DNA of 64,000 nt from an uncultured Chloroflexia bacterium (GTDB lineage Bacteria; Chloroflexota; Limnocylindria; QHBO01): NCBI GenBank assembly GCA_963825525.1, contig CAWGTN010000002.1:1312001-1376000 (forward strand). Direction: 5' to 3'. Positions within the stretch are counted from its first letter, which is position 1. Each line of letters opens with the position of its first letter. Below the pieces are notes generated by a model. The model was not told where the DNA came from. It did no database searches and worked only from the letters and a program-made list of their open reading frames with translations. The position numbers and the translations under genes were made by a program. Below, one piece after another: positions 33,130 to 42,996 of the stretch.

Positions 33130-34149
33130 CTAGCGCGAGGCAGAACCCTTCTCTGCGGCTCGTCGTGCCACGTCGTGCTCGACCTGGAGGCGCAGCCGAT
33201 ACAGGACGTTCCACTCCTCGGTGTTCAGGCTCGCGACATCGATCTCGTCCTGCACCTCGTCGAGCTGCGTGCGAAGCCCGTCGAGGTCGCCGTTCGCCGA
33301 TCGGTGCAGCTCCTGGAGCCGATCCTCGAAGGCCTGTGCCTCCTCGTTCCAGGTCAGGTAGGTCGGCTGGAAGGCGAGCTCCCGCGCGAGCGCGGCCCGC
33401 ACCCGGTACGCATCCTCCTTGGGGCCCAGGATCGAGATGTTGGTTGCGTAGGCCAGGATCTCGAGCTCGGCGACCCGCAGGAACATCGGCCTGCCGCGCA
33501 CCGCGGCACCCAGGAGATGCTCGGAGGCGAATCCCATGGTGCGCAGCGGCCACGAGCGCGGCCCACGCGCCTCCACGGCCGAGACCTCGTCAAGGCCGAT
33601 CGTGGCGAGGGCGTCCCGCAGCGCCTCGACCAGATCGTCGTCATCGCTGCCGTCATGCATGACCAGCGGAACCTGGACGAGCTTGCGCTTGCGACGCCAG
33701 CGCTGGAACAGCAGGATCGGCGTGAAGACGACCATCTGGAGCACCGATGCGCCGAGCATGGCCGTGGCCGGGTAGCTCATCGGCAGCATCCGCGCCCAGG
33801 CGCCGAACGAGCGATCGTCGTGGAAATGCGCGTACACGGTCGCCGCTGCCACCGCGGGCGGTGTGAGGAAGATGGCCGCCACGAGGCCGATGTAGTGGAT
33901 GGCCTCGACATCGAAGTTCTCACCGATGACGCCGGTTGCCTCGAGGATCGCCCCGGTGAAGATCGGCACGGCAAAGCCGATGATGACGACAACCCATCCG
34001 GCAGCCAGCAGGCTGACGACTGACAGGATGCGACCCTGCCGGCCGGGAACCTGGCCAAAGTAGATTGACGTCGCCCAGCCGAGGGCGAACGACGCCGATT
34101 TGCTCAGCGCCTGCCAGGCGAGGAGGAGGACGAATGGAAGGAACGGCAC
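33130..34149 (-). CDS. Hypothetical membrane protein
   Basis: GTG start; four N-terminal TM segments and a soluble C-terminus. Confidence 0.7.
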   Translation of the reverse strand: MPFLPFVLLLAWQALSKSASFALGWATSIYFGQVPGRQGRILSVVSLLAAGWVVVIIGFAVPIFTGAILEATGVIGENFDVEAIHYIGLVAAIFLTPPAVAAATVYAHFHDDRSFGAWARMLPMSYPATAMLGASVLQMVVFTPILLFQRWRRKRKLVQVPLVMHDGSDDDDLVEALRDALATIGLDEVSAVEARGPRSWPLRTMGFASEHLLGAAVRGRPMFLRVAELEILAYATNISILGPKEDAYRVRAALARELAFQPTYLTWNEEAQAFEDRLQELHRSANGDLDGLRTQLDEVQDEIDVASLNTEEWNVLYRLRLQVEHDVARRAAEKGSASR

Positions 34150-34182
34150 GACCGCTCACCAAGCAATCGGCGTGCCCGCGCG

Positions 34183-34626
34183 TCAGTCGATGCTGAGTGG
34201 CCGGACCGTCATGACGTCCGAGACGCGACCCTCCCATTCCTCCCGGGGCGCGTCGCAGAACAGCTCGATCTCGTTGCCGTCGGGATCGACGGTATAGAGG
34301 CTGCGGGTGACGCCATGATCCGCCGTGCCCCGCAGGAGACCGCGCTCAGCGAGCAGGCCGTGTGCCGACCGGATGGCGTCCCAATCCGCGAGCCGGAACG
34401 CCACGTGGTAGAGCCCGATCGCGTTCGGCACAGGCGACGGCGCAGAGTCGCCCACCCGCAGGAGCGCCAGGTCGTGGTGGTTCTCGCCGGTCGCAGTCAG
34501 GAAGATCATGACGTTGCTCATCTCGCTCGACACCTTGAACCCGAGGAAGTCCCGATAGAAGGCGAGCGAGCGATCCAGGTCGCGCACCTTGAGCACGACG
34601 TGACCGATGCCAAGGGGCTGGAGCAT
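34183..34626 (-). CDS. VOC (glyoxalase) family protein
   Basis: IGHVVLKVRD, HHDLAL, GLYHVAF, DPDGNEIEL. Confidence 0.9.
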   Translation of the reverse strand: MLQPLGIGHVVLKVRDLDRSLAFYRDFLGFKVSSEMSNVMIFLTATGENHHDLALLRVGDSAPSPVPNAIGLYHVAFRLADWDAIRSAHGLLAERGLLRGTADHGVTRSLYTVDPDGNEIELFCDAPREEWEGRVSDVMTVRPLSID

Positions 34627-34657
34627 GGAGTGATGCTACTCCACGCGTCGGGTAAGG

Positions 34658-35251
34658 CTAGGGCAGCCCCAGCTTGGCCCGACAGGCAGGCCATGGCGCA
34701 TATCCGCGGGCGGCGTGGAGCCGCTCGGCGACGGCGATCTGCTCCTCGCGCGTGGCCTCGTGCGGATAGGCCGCGTAGGCCGTCCCGCCGTAGTCCTGCC
34801 AGGTGCCGAGGTTGAACTGCAGGCCGCCGTAGTAGCCGTTGCCGGTGTTGATCGCCCAGTTGCCGCCGGACTCGCACTTTGCGAGGTCGTCCCACACGGT
34901 CGAGCCGTTGTACGTCACTACGCGCTGCGGGGGCGGGGGTGGCGAAGGCGGCGCCGGGGTGGCGATCGGTACGATGGTCGCCTCCATCGGGGCAATGACC
35001 GGTGTCGACATCGCGTCCGCCTCGAGCGTCTCCGCGGACTGCCCGCTCGTCGAGATGACGCCCATGGCCAGTGTCCCCTGGCGCCCGGAAAGCGATCCGC
35101 GGTCCACCAGCATCACCGGAGCATCAGCCACCGGGAGCAGTCGCTCGGCCATATCGGCCGGAATCTGCGTCGCCGACCGCGCGGCAACTGGAGCCAGAAT
35201 GACGACACCCGCCATGCTGACCGCGGCCAGAAGGAGGATTCGTCGCGTCAT
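34658..35251 (-). CDS. Resuscitation-promoting factor (Rpf)-type transglycosylase
   Basis: WDDLAKCESGGNWAINTGNGYYGGLQF...ATREEQIAVAE...PWPAC; N-terminal signal. Confidence 0.92.
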   Translation of the reverse strand: MTRRILLLAAVSMAGVVILAPVAARSATQIPADMAERLLPVADAPVMLVDRGSLSGRQGTLAMGVISTSGQSAETLEADAMSTPVIAPMEATIVPIATPAPPSPPPPPQRVVTYNGSTVWDDLAKCESGGNWAINTGNGYYGGLQFNLGTWQDYGGTAYAAYPHEATREEQIAVAERLHAARGYAPWPACRAKLGLP

Positions 35252-35464
35252 TGAAAGGCCCATCATGCGCACACCAACGGCGCCATCGGCGCGGGTCGGG
35301 TGCTGCGGATGAGGTTCGGAGCGACGGCGCGTCGCGGGAAGTCCAGCAATAGAATCCAATCCAATACGTGGTCCGGCCGGCAGGCGCCCTGAGATGCAGG
35401 ACACGTGCCGGCGAGCGGTCACCGTAGCATTCACCGCCAGACATGTCGAGCCAGCGGAGGTCCC

Positions 35465-36286
35465 ATGACGCGCCGAACAAAGCAGCCGGAACGCCGTCGC
35501 GGAGCGGTGGTCGTCCGCGGTTCGGGCAGCGCCGACCGACGGACCGAGGACCAGAAGCTGCTGCGCGCCCGGCAGTCTGCGGTCCATTCTCACGAGGGTG
35601 ATACCTGGCGGACGCTGCGGATCATGGGCGAGTTCGTCGAGGGCTTCGATGCGCTCGCGGAGGTGGGTCCAGCGGTCAGCATCTTCGGTTCGGCCCGCGT
35701 CGGTCGCCGGAATCGCTACTACGGTGCGGCCCGACACCTGGCCGCAGCCCTGGTGAAGGAGGGCTACGCAATCATCACCGGCGGAGGCCCGGGGGTGATG
35801 GAGGCGGCCAATCGCGGAGCCCAGGAGGCGGGCGGGCTCTCGATCGGCTGCAACATCGAGCTGCCCTTCGAACAGGGCCTCAACGAGTACGTCGATCTCG
35901 GGATGGAGTTCCGCTACTTCTTCGTGCGCAAGGTCATGTTCGTGAAGTACGCGGAGGCCTTCGTGATCTTTCCCGGAGGCTTCGGCACGCTCGACGAGCT
36001 GTTCGAGTCGCTGACGCTCATCCAGACGGGCAAGGTCCAGCACTTCCCGGTGGTCCTCTACGGCCGCGACTACTGGACCGGGCTGATCGACTGGATCAAG
36101 GAAAAGCCGCTGTACGAGGAGAAGATCTCGCCGCAGGACCTGGACCTCGTCACCATCACCGACAACGTCGAGGAGGCCTGCGCCGCGATCCTCCGCCACC
36201 GGGGCAAGGGGCGGGAGCGGGAAGAGGCCGGAAGCCGGGAAGCCACCAAGAAGGCCGTCCAGAAGGCCGACGCCGGAGCGCCATGA
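35465..36286 (+). CDS. LOG family (TIGR00730) nucleotide phosphoribohydrolase
   Basis: TGGGPGVMEAANRG, YFFVRKVMF, PGGFGTLDELFE. Confidence 0.93.
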   Translation: MTRRTKQPERRRGAVVVRGSGSADRRTEDQKLLRARQSAVHSHEGDTWRTLRIMGEFVEGFDALAEVGPAVSIFGSARVGRRNRYYGAARHLAAALVKEGYAIITGGGPGVMEAANRGAQEAGGLSIGCNIELPFEQGLNEYVDLGMEFRYFFVRKVMFVKYAEAFVIFPGGFGTLDELFESLTLIQTGKVQHFPVVLYGRDYWTGLIDWIKEKPLYEEKISPQDLDLVTITDNVEEACAAILRHRGKGREREEAGSREATKKAVQKADAGAP

Positions 36287-36879
36287 CCCGTCGCGCGATC
36301 CAGCTGGTGCTTGCCTGCGTGGTCCTTGGCGTCGGGGTGGCGCTGCTGCTCGACGCCGCGCTCGGCTCGGATGGCTACGCCGCCCTGGTCAACGGCCTGA
36401 GCATCGCGACCGGATCCCCGTTCTGGATCGTGAACATCGTCGTCGGCGTCACCCTGATCGCGGCCGCGTGGCTTCGCGGACGCACGCCTGGCGCAGGCAC
36501 CCTCGTGCAGCCTGTGGTGGTCGGCATCACGGTCTCGCTCGTGGCGCCCCTGCTGCCGATGCCGGCCGATCCGATCGCGCGGTGGGCCGAGCTGGCGCTC
36601 GCATTCGTGCTGTTGTCGGCCGGCGTGGCCGGCTACCTGGCAGCTGAACTCGGCGCCGGACCCTTCGAGGGCGCGGCTCTGGCGTGGGATCCGCCCGTAC
36701 CCTTTCGATGGAGCTACACCGCCGTCCAGGTGGGAGGCGCACTGATCGGATGGCTGCTCGGCGCCGCCATCGGTCCGGGCACGGTCCTGGTGGTTCTGCT
36801 CATTGGCCCGGTGGTGGATTGGTGGCGCCGCGCCGTCTTCGCGCGCGGAGCGCCTCCACCCGACGCCCTCGAGGCTTGA
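36283..36879 (+). CDS. YczE/YitT-like membrane protein
   Basis: LGSDGY, GAGTL, LGAGPFEG, IGPGTV...IGP pattern; hydrophobic. Confidence 0.75.
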   Translation: MTRRAIQLVLACVVLGVGVALLLDAALGSDGYAALVNGLSIATGSPFWIVNIVVGVTLIAAAWLRGRTPGAGTLVQPVVVGITVSLVAPLLPMPADPIARWAELALAFVLLSAGVAGYLAAELGAGPFEGAALAWDPPVPFRWSYTAVQVGGALIGWLLGAAIGPGTVLVVLLIGPVVDWWRRAVFARGAPPPDALEA

Positions 36880-36942
36880 TGGAGCCGCTACGCGACGGCC
36901 AGCACGGGGCAGCAAGGAACACGAAAGGGTGAATCAGGGAGA

Positions 36943-37019
36943 TGGCGGGCCCGACCGGATTCGAACCGGCGATCTCCAGCGTGACAGGCTGGCATGTTGG
37001 GCCACTACACCACGGGCCC
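36943..37019 (-). tRNA. tRNA-Asp(GTC)
   Basis: GGGCCCG acceptor stem, anticodon loop CTGTCAC, GGTTCGAATCC T-arm, encoded CCA. Confidence 0.97.
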
Positions 37020-37064
37020 GCGGGAGTGACGGTGGCGGAGCATAGCACAGGCCGCGAGGCTGCT

Positions 37065-37500
37065 TCAGGTGGCCGACCCGGACCGCATGTCGCGCATCAG
37101 CGCCACCAGCGCGACGACGTAGGCGAGACTTGCGAGGGCGGCGGCGACCGCGCCCGCACCCGAGGGCCGCGGCCTGGTCGGGCGTCCTCACCAGGCTGGC
37201 CACCGCGGCGGCCGCGGAGCCCAGGAGCGCAACCGCGAGCATGGCGCAAAGCAGGATGCCCGCACTTCGCGCTGCGCGCCAGTCATTCGAGAGTCCGACG
37301 CCGATGACCGCATGGACCACCCCGACCCCGAGCAGCACCATGCCCACCACCGTGACCGCGCCACCGAGCGCCTCGTCATCGATCTCCAGTGGAGGCAGCG
37401 CGGCGCTCAGCGTTCCAATGCCCGCCATCGCGAGACCCAGTGCCGCCACACCGGCCATCGACCACAGCGCCGCGCCGAACAGCAGGATGATCCGCGCCAT
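37065..37500 (-). CDS. Hypothetical 4-TM protein; frameshift at ~37160
   Basis: Hydrophobic reading continues as AGAVAAALASLAYVVALVALMRDMRSGSAT* in the shifted frame. Confidence 0.6.
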
Positions 37501-37518
37501 GCGGGCCGGCAGGTCCGG

Positions 37519-38007
37519 CTAGCGCCGCGGTCGCAGGAGGAGAATCGCCGCTGCGCCGAACACGAGCGTGGACACGGTCAGGGCTACCCCCAGCACGGGA
37601 TCGGCCGGCGGATTGGCCATTGCCACCAGCACGCCACCCGCGGACAACGCCGCGGCGACCGCCGACAGGAAGCCCGTGAAACGCCGCGCGCGCGGCGCAT
37701 CGGCAAAGACGGCGATGCCGCCCCCGGTCAGGCCGCCGCCCAGGACGATGAACGCAAGTCCGAGGAGGAGGGGCATCACAATCAGTGAGCCGACGTCAGG
37801 CGGTGCATCCCCGCCATAGCGGGCCCCGATGGTGAGGGCCATGACGACGACCGCGATTCCCGTGATCAGGAGCGCGACGCCGCCCACCACGACGCCCACC
37901 GTGGCGGCGGCGGTTGCCTCGCCCAGGTGTTCCGGGGCCAGCGTGGAGTGGGAGCGGCCCCGCGCTCCGGCGGCGGAGGCGGCGCGTGCAGGTCGTCGAG
38001 TGGTCAT
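37519..38007 (-). CDS. Hypothetical 4-TM protein
   Basis: MTTRRPAR... followed by four hydrophobic helices; TACAAT upstream. Confidence 0.7.
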   Translation of the reverse strand: MTTRRPARAASAAGARGRSHSTLAPEHLGEATAAATVGVVVGGVALLITGIAVVVMALTIGARYGGDAPPDVGSLIVMPLLLGLAFIVLGGGLTGGGIAVFADAPRARRFTGFLSAVAAALSAGGVLVAMANPPADPVLGVALTVSTLVFGAAAILLLRPRR

Positions 38008-38070
38008 ACGGCGACGGATTGTACGCGGTGCACCGGATGGCGCGCTCGCCGGCCGTATACTCCGGCGCGG

Positions 38071-39112
38071 ATGCCGTATGAGTTCCCGCAGGACCCGAGC
38101 ACCGCGCGACGCACCCGCCTCACCCGCTGGGTGACGTTCGCGTTCGCCGCGCTGCTCGTCGCATTGGTCGCGTATCTCGGCTACGTGGGATACGAGGGCT
38201 CCCGCCAGCTCGCCGATCCACCCGACCCGTCCAGGGACTGCCGGACACCGGCCGCCCTCGGTTGGTCCTACGAGGCCATCGGCTATGACATCGCCACCGA
38301 CGCGACGCTGCAGAGCGAGCCCGACCCGAAGGAGTGCTCCCGACAGGGCGCCGAGGCCACCGGCGACGTGACCGTCGGCGATGTTCACCTTGCGGGCTGG
38401 TACATCCCGGCAGCCAGCGGCGCCGGCCCGACCGCGCCGACCGTGGTGCTGGCCCATGGCTGGCGCGCGAATAAGAGCACCATGCTCGACCGCGCCGCGC
38501 TCCTCCACGACAACTACAACCTGCTGCTCTTCGACTTCCGCAACCACGGCCAGAGCAGCGACGCACCCACCACGCAGGGTGTGCGCGAGCGCGGCGACCT
38601 GCGGGCAATGCTCGACTGGCTGGAGGCGACGAAGGATCCGGGCGCCATTGCGGTCCTCGGGGTCTCGATGGGCGGCGCAACGGCGATCGCGGAAGCTGGC
38701 AGCGACGACAGGGTCGATGCCGTCATCGCCGAATCGACGCACGCATCGCTTGCCCATGCGGCCCAGGCCCGCCTCGAGGTGAGCGGGTACCCGCTCTCCC
38801 TTCCCGGCAGTTGGTCCATCCTCCTCGGCACCCTCGTGCGAACCGGCGTGGACGTATCGCTGGTGGACCCCGCCCAGACGATCGCACGGCCTGGACGAAC
38901 GGCCCGTCCTCATCATCACGGGGGGCGAGGACAACTCGATCGGGCCTGACGATCCGGAGACGATGCGCGCGGCGGCGGAAGAGGCGGGTTCGCCCGTGGA
39001 GCTCGAGGTATGCGCCGATGCCGGGCACGCGGAGGCCAATGAGACCTGCCCGGAGGACTACCTCGGGTGGGTGCTAGGCTTCCTCGGTCGCGCCATGGCA
39101 CCGTCCAGCTGA
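38071..39112 (+). CDS. Membrane-anchored alpha/beta hydrolase; frameshift at ~38890
   Basis: VVLAHGW, FDFRNHGQS, LGVSMGG; shifted frame gives RPVLIITGGED...AGHAEA. Confidence 0.85.
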
Positions 39113-39172
39113 TGCGCGCGCGAACCCCCCGTTGACCGATCCCCGCCGGCGGCGGGGAGATTCATGAGAGGT

Positions 39173-40816
39173 ATGGAGTCAATGACCGTCGTCCCAACCG
39201 ACGTCGACGCGCGCTTCGATCGCACGATCGATCGCTGGTTCCGAGACCAGCTCGCGATGCGACCCGAGACGGCGACATTCATGGGCATCCACGACCACGA
39301 CGGCGCCCTGTCCTCCGGCTCCCGCGATGCCATCGAGGAGGAGGTCGCCTTCCATCGGCGCGCGATTGACGAGCTTTCGGTTCTCGACCCCGCCGAGCTG
39401 AGTCCGGACCGCGGCCTCGATCGGGATCTCGCCATTCACCAGGCGCGACTCGCCATCCACTGGCAGACCGAATACCGCCCGTGGGCCGGCGCGTCCGGCG
39501 GAGCCGAGCACATCGGTGAAGCGCTGTTCCCGCTCTTCACCCGCAACTTCGCGGCACTCGACGAGCGGCTCGAGCGCATTGCCGAGCGCCTTGAGGCGGC
39601 ACCACGCTACCTGGACGAGGTTCGCGAGCGGGTCACCGCCCCGGTTCGGCTGTGGACGGAGATCGACATCGAGTCGACCGAGCATCTGCCGAGCTTCCTC
39701 GACACCATCCTGGCCGCCGCCCGTGCCGAATCGGCGGATGGGAGGCTCGTCGAACGCCTCAGTCGGGCTGCGCAGGACACCAAATCAGCCCTGGACGATC
39801 ATCTCGTCTGGCTCCGGTCCGACGTCCTTCCGCGGGCGGAGGCGGATTGGAAAGCCGGACCCGAGGGCTTCGAGGAGATGATCCGGCTCCGCGAGCTCGA
39901 GGCGAACGGCGACGAGATCCTGGCGGTCGGCGAGGAGCTCCTCGCGTCCGAGAAGCAGGCGCGCGACGCGCTCGGTCCGCAGATCGCTCCGGGAGCCAGC
40001 GCGTCCGAGGTCGCCGATGTCGTCAAGGACGACCACGCGGCCACGTTCGCCGAGGCACTGGGCGAGTACCGGAGCTCGATGGATCGCGCCCGCGCATTCG
40101 TCGTCGAGCACGGGATCGCCACGCCGCCGGACGAGGACCACCTCAACGTGATCGAGACGCCGTCGTTCGTCCGTCACCTCATCCCGTTCGCCGCCTACTA
40201 CGAACCGGCGAAGTTCGACGAGACACCGGTCGGCACGTACATCGTCACCCCGGCCGCCTCGCCCGAGATGATGCGCGAGCACAACCGGGCCTCGATCAGC
40301 AACACCTCGGTCCACGAGGCGTACCCGGGCCATCATCTGCAGCTCAGCGCCGCGATCACCAACCCCAGCCTGGTCCGCCTGTTCTCGGGCGCGCCGGAGT
40401 TCAGCGAGGGCTGGGCGTTCTACTGCGAGCGGATGATGAAGGAGGCGGGCTTCGACGACACGCCGACGGGTTGGTACATCGTCCACACCGACGCCATCTG
40501 GCGCGCGGTCCGCATCATCCTGGACGTCCAGCTCCATCGCGGGCTGATCAGCGTCGAGGATGCAGTCGAGCGCATGGTGGCCGAAACCGGCTTCGAGCGG
40601 CCGGCCGCACTGGCCGAGGTCAAGCGCTACACGTCATCCCCCACGTATCAGCTCTCCTACCTCTTCGGCCGTCACATGATCCAGAAGCTCAAGGCCGAGG
40701 TGGAGGCACGCGAAGGCGCCGATTTCGACATCCGTCGCTTCCACGACACCCTCATCTACGGGGGAACGATGCCGGTGAGCTATGCACGCCGGCTCTTCGA
40801 GCGCCCGGGCCGATGA
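39173..40816 (+). CDS. DUF885 family protein
   Basis: HEAYPGHHLQ, FSEGWAFYCE, EVKRY...YQLSY, FHDTLI; start uncertain (39164/39173/39182). Confidence 0.9.
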   Translation: MESMTVVPTDVDARFDRTIDRWFRDQLAMRPETATFMGIHDHDGALSSGSRDAIEEEVAFHRRAIDELSVLDPAELSPDRGLDRDLAIHQARLAIHWQTEYRPWAGASGGAEHIGEALFPLFTRNFAALDERLERIAERLEAAPRYLDEVRERVTAPVRLWTEIDIESTEHLPSFLDTILAAARAESADGRLVERLSRAAQDTKSALDDHLVWLRSDVLPRAEADWKAGPEGFEEMIRLRELEANGDEILAVGEELLASEKQARDALGPQIAPGASASEVADVVKDDHAATFAEALGEYRSSMDRARAFVVEHGIATPPDEDHLNVIETPSFVRHLIPFAAYYEPAKFDETPVGTYIVTPAASPEMMREHNRASISNTSVHEAYPGHHLQLSAAITNPSLVRLFSGAPEFSEGWAFYCERMMKEAGFDDTPTGWYIVHTDAIWRAVRIILDVQLHRGLISVEDAVERMVAETGFERPAALAEVKRYTSSPTYQLSYLFGRHMIQKLKAEVEAREGADFDIRRFHDTLIYGGTMPVSYARRLFERPGR

Positions 40817-41478
40817 CACGTGGGCTGCTGGTGGCCGCTGCGGCCCTCCTGCTCGCCGGCTGCGGCCAGGAACCGACGCCCGCGCCGCCGGCCTGCCCAA
40901 CCGAGCCGCCAACGACGGTCTCGGCGCAGGCGACGCTCGAGGGAGCCTCGTTTGCCATCGTCACCATTGGCGGAGCGGTCGAGGGCGAGTTCACGATCGC
41001 GCTGAACGGCTCGGCGGCGCCTACCGCGACGGCGAACTTCGTGGCGCTGGCCCGCTGCGGGTTCTACGACCAGGTCAAGTTCCACCGCGTCCTGGCCGGA
41101 TTCGTCATCCAGGCCGGCGACCCGAACACGAAGGCGTACGACGGTGACTTCAGCGGCATCGGTCGCGAGGGTGCCGGCTACCGGTACGAGATCGAGCCTC
41201 CGGCCGATGAGCTGGGTTACGACCGCTACTCGGTGGCCATGGCGAACGACACGCGAACGAACGACAGCCAGTTCTTCGTGTCGCTCGACGATCTCAACGG
41301 ACGCCTCGCCCGCACGTACACGATCTTCGGCATGGTGGTTGGCGGCACGGACGTCATCGACGCCATCGGAGCCGTTCCGGTGATGGATCCGCGGGTCGGC
41401 ATCCCGGCCACGCCGGTCTGGATCGAATCGATCCTGATCTCGGATGAGGGCGGTCCAGTGGCATCTCCGGGGTCCTGA
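40813..41478 (+). CDS. Cyclophilin-type peptidylprolyl isomerase, lipoprotein
   Basis: LLAGC lipobox; NFVALARCGFYD, FHRVLAGFVIQAGDP, SQFFV, YTIFG. Confidence 0.9.
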   Translation: MTRGLLVAAAALLLAGCGQEPTPAPPACPTEPPTTVSAQATLEGASFAIVTIGGAVEGEFTIALNGSAAPTATANFVALARCGFYDQVKFHRVLAGFVIQAGDPNTKAYDGDFSGIGREGAGYRYEIEPPADELGYDRYSVAMANDTRTNDSQFFVSLDDLNGRLARTYTIFGMVVGGTDVIDAIGAVPVMDPRVGIPATPVWIESILISDEGGPVASPGS

Positions 41479-41527
41479 GAACGCCGAGACGCTTTGCTTT
41501 GTAAAGGAATCTCAACCTCTACAAGCC

Positions 41528-41556
41528 TTGTCTAAAGAGAACAGGCGATCTATCCT
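41528..41556 (+). promoter_or_regulatory. Sigma70-type promoter TTGTCT-N17-TATCCT
   Basis: -35 at 41528-33 and -10 at 41551-56, 17-bp spacer, in an AT-rich patch. Confidence 0.6.
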
Positions 41557-41562
41557 CAGGAT

Positions 41563-41705
41563 GCTGTTCGCACAGCGATTCACCACTGGTTGCAAGGCCA
41601 TGGGTAGGTTAGGGTTAGGGTAGTGCGGGAAACCGTGCGTGAAAGATGCCCTTGCGATTAGCGAATCCGGCAGCAATGAAGGCCCCCGCTTCGGCGGGGG
41701 CCTTC
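41563..41705 (+). ncRNA. Putative novel structured ncRNA with a G-rich (GGUUAG-repeat) loop
   Basis: Hairpin 41563-76; 12-bp helix 41586-97/41650-61; GAAA-capped hairpin; UUCG-capped terminal hairpin; no credible ORF. Confidence 0.65.
41678..41705 (+). terminator. Perfect 12-bp hairpin with a UUCG loop (probable terminator)
   Basis: GAAGGCCCCCGC-TTCG-GCGGGGGCCTTC; weak U-tail. Confidence 0.75.
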
Positions 41706-41787
41706 GTCTATCCGGCTCGGGTCGTGACGAGCATCGGAACCCCATGTACCATGCCCTCGGCCCCATCGGGGCCAGCCCATTGATCGC

Positions 41788-41863
41788 GCGCCGGTAGCTC
41801 AGTGGATAGAGCGTCGGCCTCCGGAGCCGAAGGTCGCAGGTTCGAATCCTGTCCGGCGCGCCA
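41788..41863 (+). tRNA. tRNA-Arg(CCG)
   Basis: GCGCCGG acceptor stem, anticodon loop CTCCGGA, GGTTCGAATCC, encoded CCA. Confidence 0.97.
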
Positions 41864-41882
41864 GACCCTCCCCGCACGTCCG

Positions 41883-42904
41883 CTAGCGCCAGCCGAGCTC
41901 CGGGGCCACGAACTGAGGATGCTCTCGATCGCGTGGGCGTTGTAGTCGACGCCGAGCTGGTTCGGGACCGTCAGCAGCAGGGTGTCAGCCGCCTGGATCG
42001 CCGTGTCTCCGGCGAGCTCCCTGGCGAGGACGTCGGGCTCCGCCGCGTACGAGCGTCCGAAGATCGCCTTGGTCTGCGCGTCGATGTAGCCGACCTGGTC
42101 CGATGACTGGTTGCCACGCCCGAAATACGCCCGATCGCGATCATCGACCAGCGCGAAGATGCTCCGGCTGACCGACACCCGCGGCTCGCGCTCATGCCCC
42201 GCCGCGGCCCACGCATCACGGAACAGCCGGATCTGCTCGGCCTGGAGCTCGTGGAACGGCACGCCGGCGTCCTCGGTCAGCAGTGTTGACGACATCAGAT
42301 TCATGCCCTGCTGCCCGGTCCATTCCGCCGTGGCGCGTGTTCCGGCGCCCCACCAGATCCGGTCGCGCAGCCCGGGCGAGTGCGGCTCGGGGCGGAGCAG
42401 CCCGGGCGGGTTCGGAAACATCGGGTGTGGGTTCGGCTCGGCGAACCCGACCCCGGACAGGGCGTCGAGGAAGACCTTCGTGTGCTCGCGGGCCATGTCG
42501 GCGTCCGTCCCGCCGTCCGGCGGCACGTGGCCGAAGTGTCGGAAACCGTCGATCACCTGCTCGGGCGATCCACGGCTGATCCCGAGCTGCAGGCGACCTC
42601 CTGCAATGAGGTCGGCGGCACCGGCATCTTCGACCATGTAGAGCGGGTTCTCGTAGCGCATGTCGATGACGGCCGTCCCGATCTCGATACGCTTCGTTCG
42701 CGCCCCGATCGCCGCCAGCAGTGGGAAGGGCGACGCGAGCTGCTGCGCGAAATGGTGGACGCGGAAGTACGCGCCGTCCGCACCCAGGTCCTCGACCGCC
42801 TCGGCCAGCTCGATGGACTGAATCAGCGCGTCCGATGCCGAGCGCACCTGAGAGTGGGGTGATGCCGACCAATGACCGAACGAGAGGAACCCCAGCTTCT
42901 TCAT
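41883..42904 (-). CDS. LLM class flavin-dependent oxidoreductase; frameshift near the 3' end (~41912)
   Basis: MKKLGFLSFGHW, YFRVHHFA, IDMRYENP; shifted frame ends VAPELGWR*. Confidence 0.9.
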
Positions 42905-42996
42905 CCACGGATTCTACGGGCGATCCCAGCCACCCGCCCAACGCGTGAACGCTGAATCGCGTCCGACGCGCCGGCCCGTTCGGGCATCATCGGCCC

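Noticed and set aside
35252-35464. c-di-AMP (ydaO) riboswitch upstream of the rpf gene
   Set aside because: I could not find the conserved GCTGAA / GGAACC / CAGCTAA-type motifs on the minus strand.
41602-41623. Eukaryotic telomere contamination, or a minus-strand telomerase-template RNA
   Set aside because: Only two full TTAGGG units are embedded in a bacterial context. G-U pairs, tetraloops and the promoter all favour a + strand RNA, and no RT gene is nearby.
36943-41863. Genomic island integrated at tRNA-Asp or tRNA-Arg
   Set aside because: No integrase, no duplicated tRNA 3' end seen, and the flanking genes have ordinary composition.
41708-41882. LLM ORF extension overlapping tRNA-Arg
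   Set aside because: This is an artefact of the frameshift near 41912; the natural end is VAPELGWR* at 41883.
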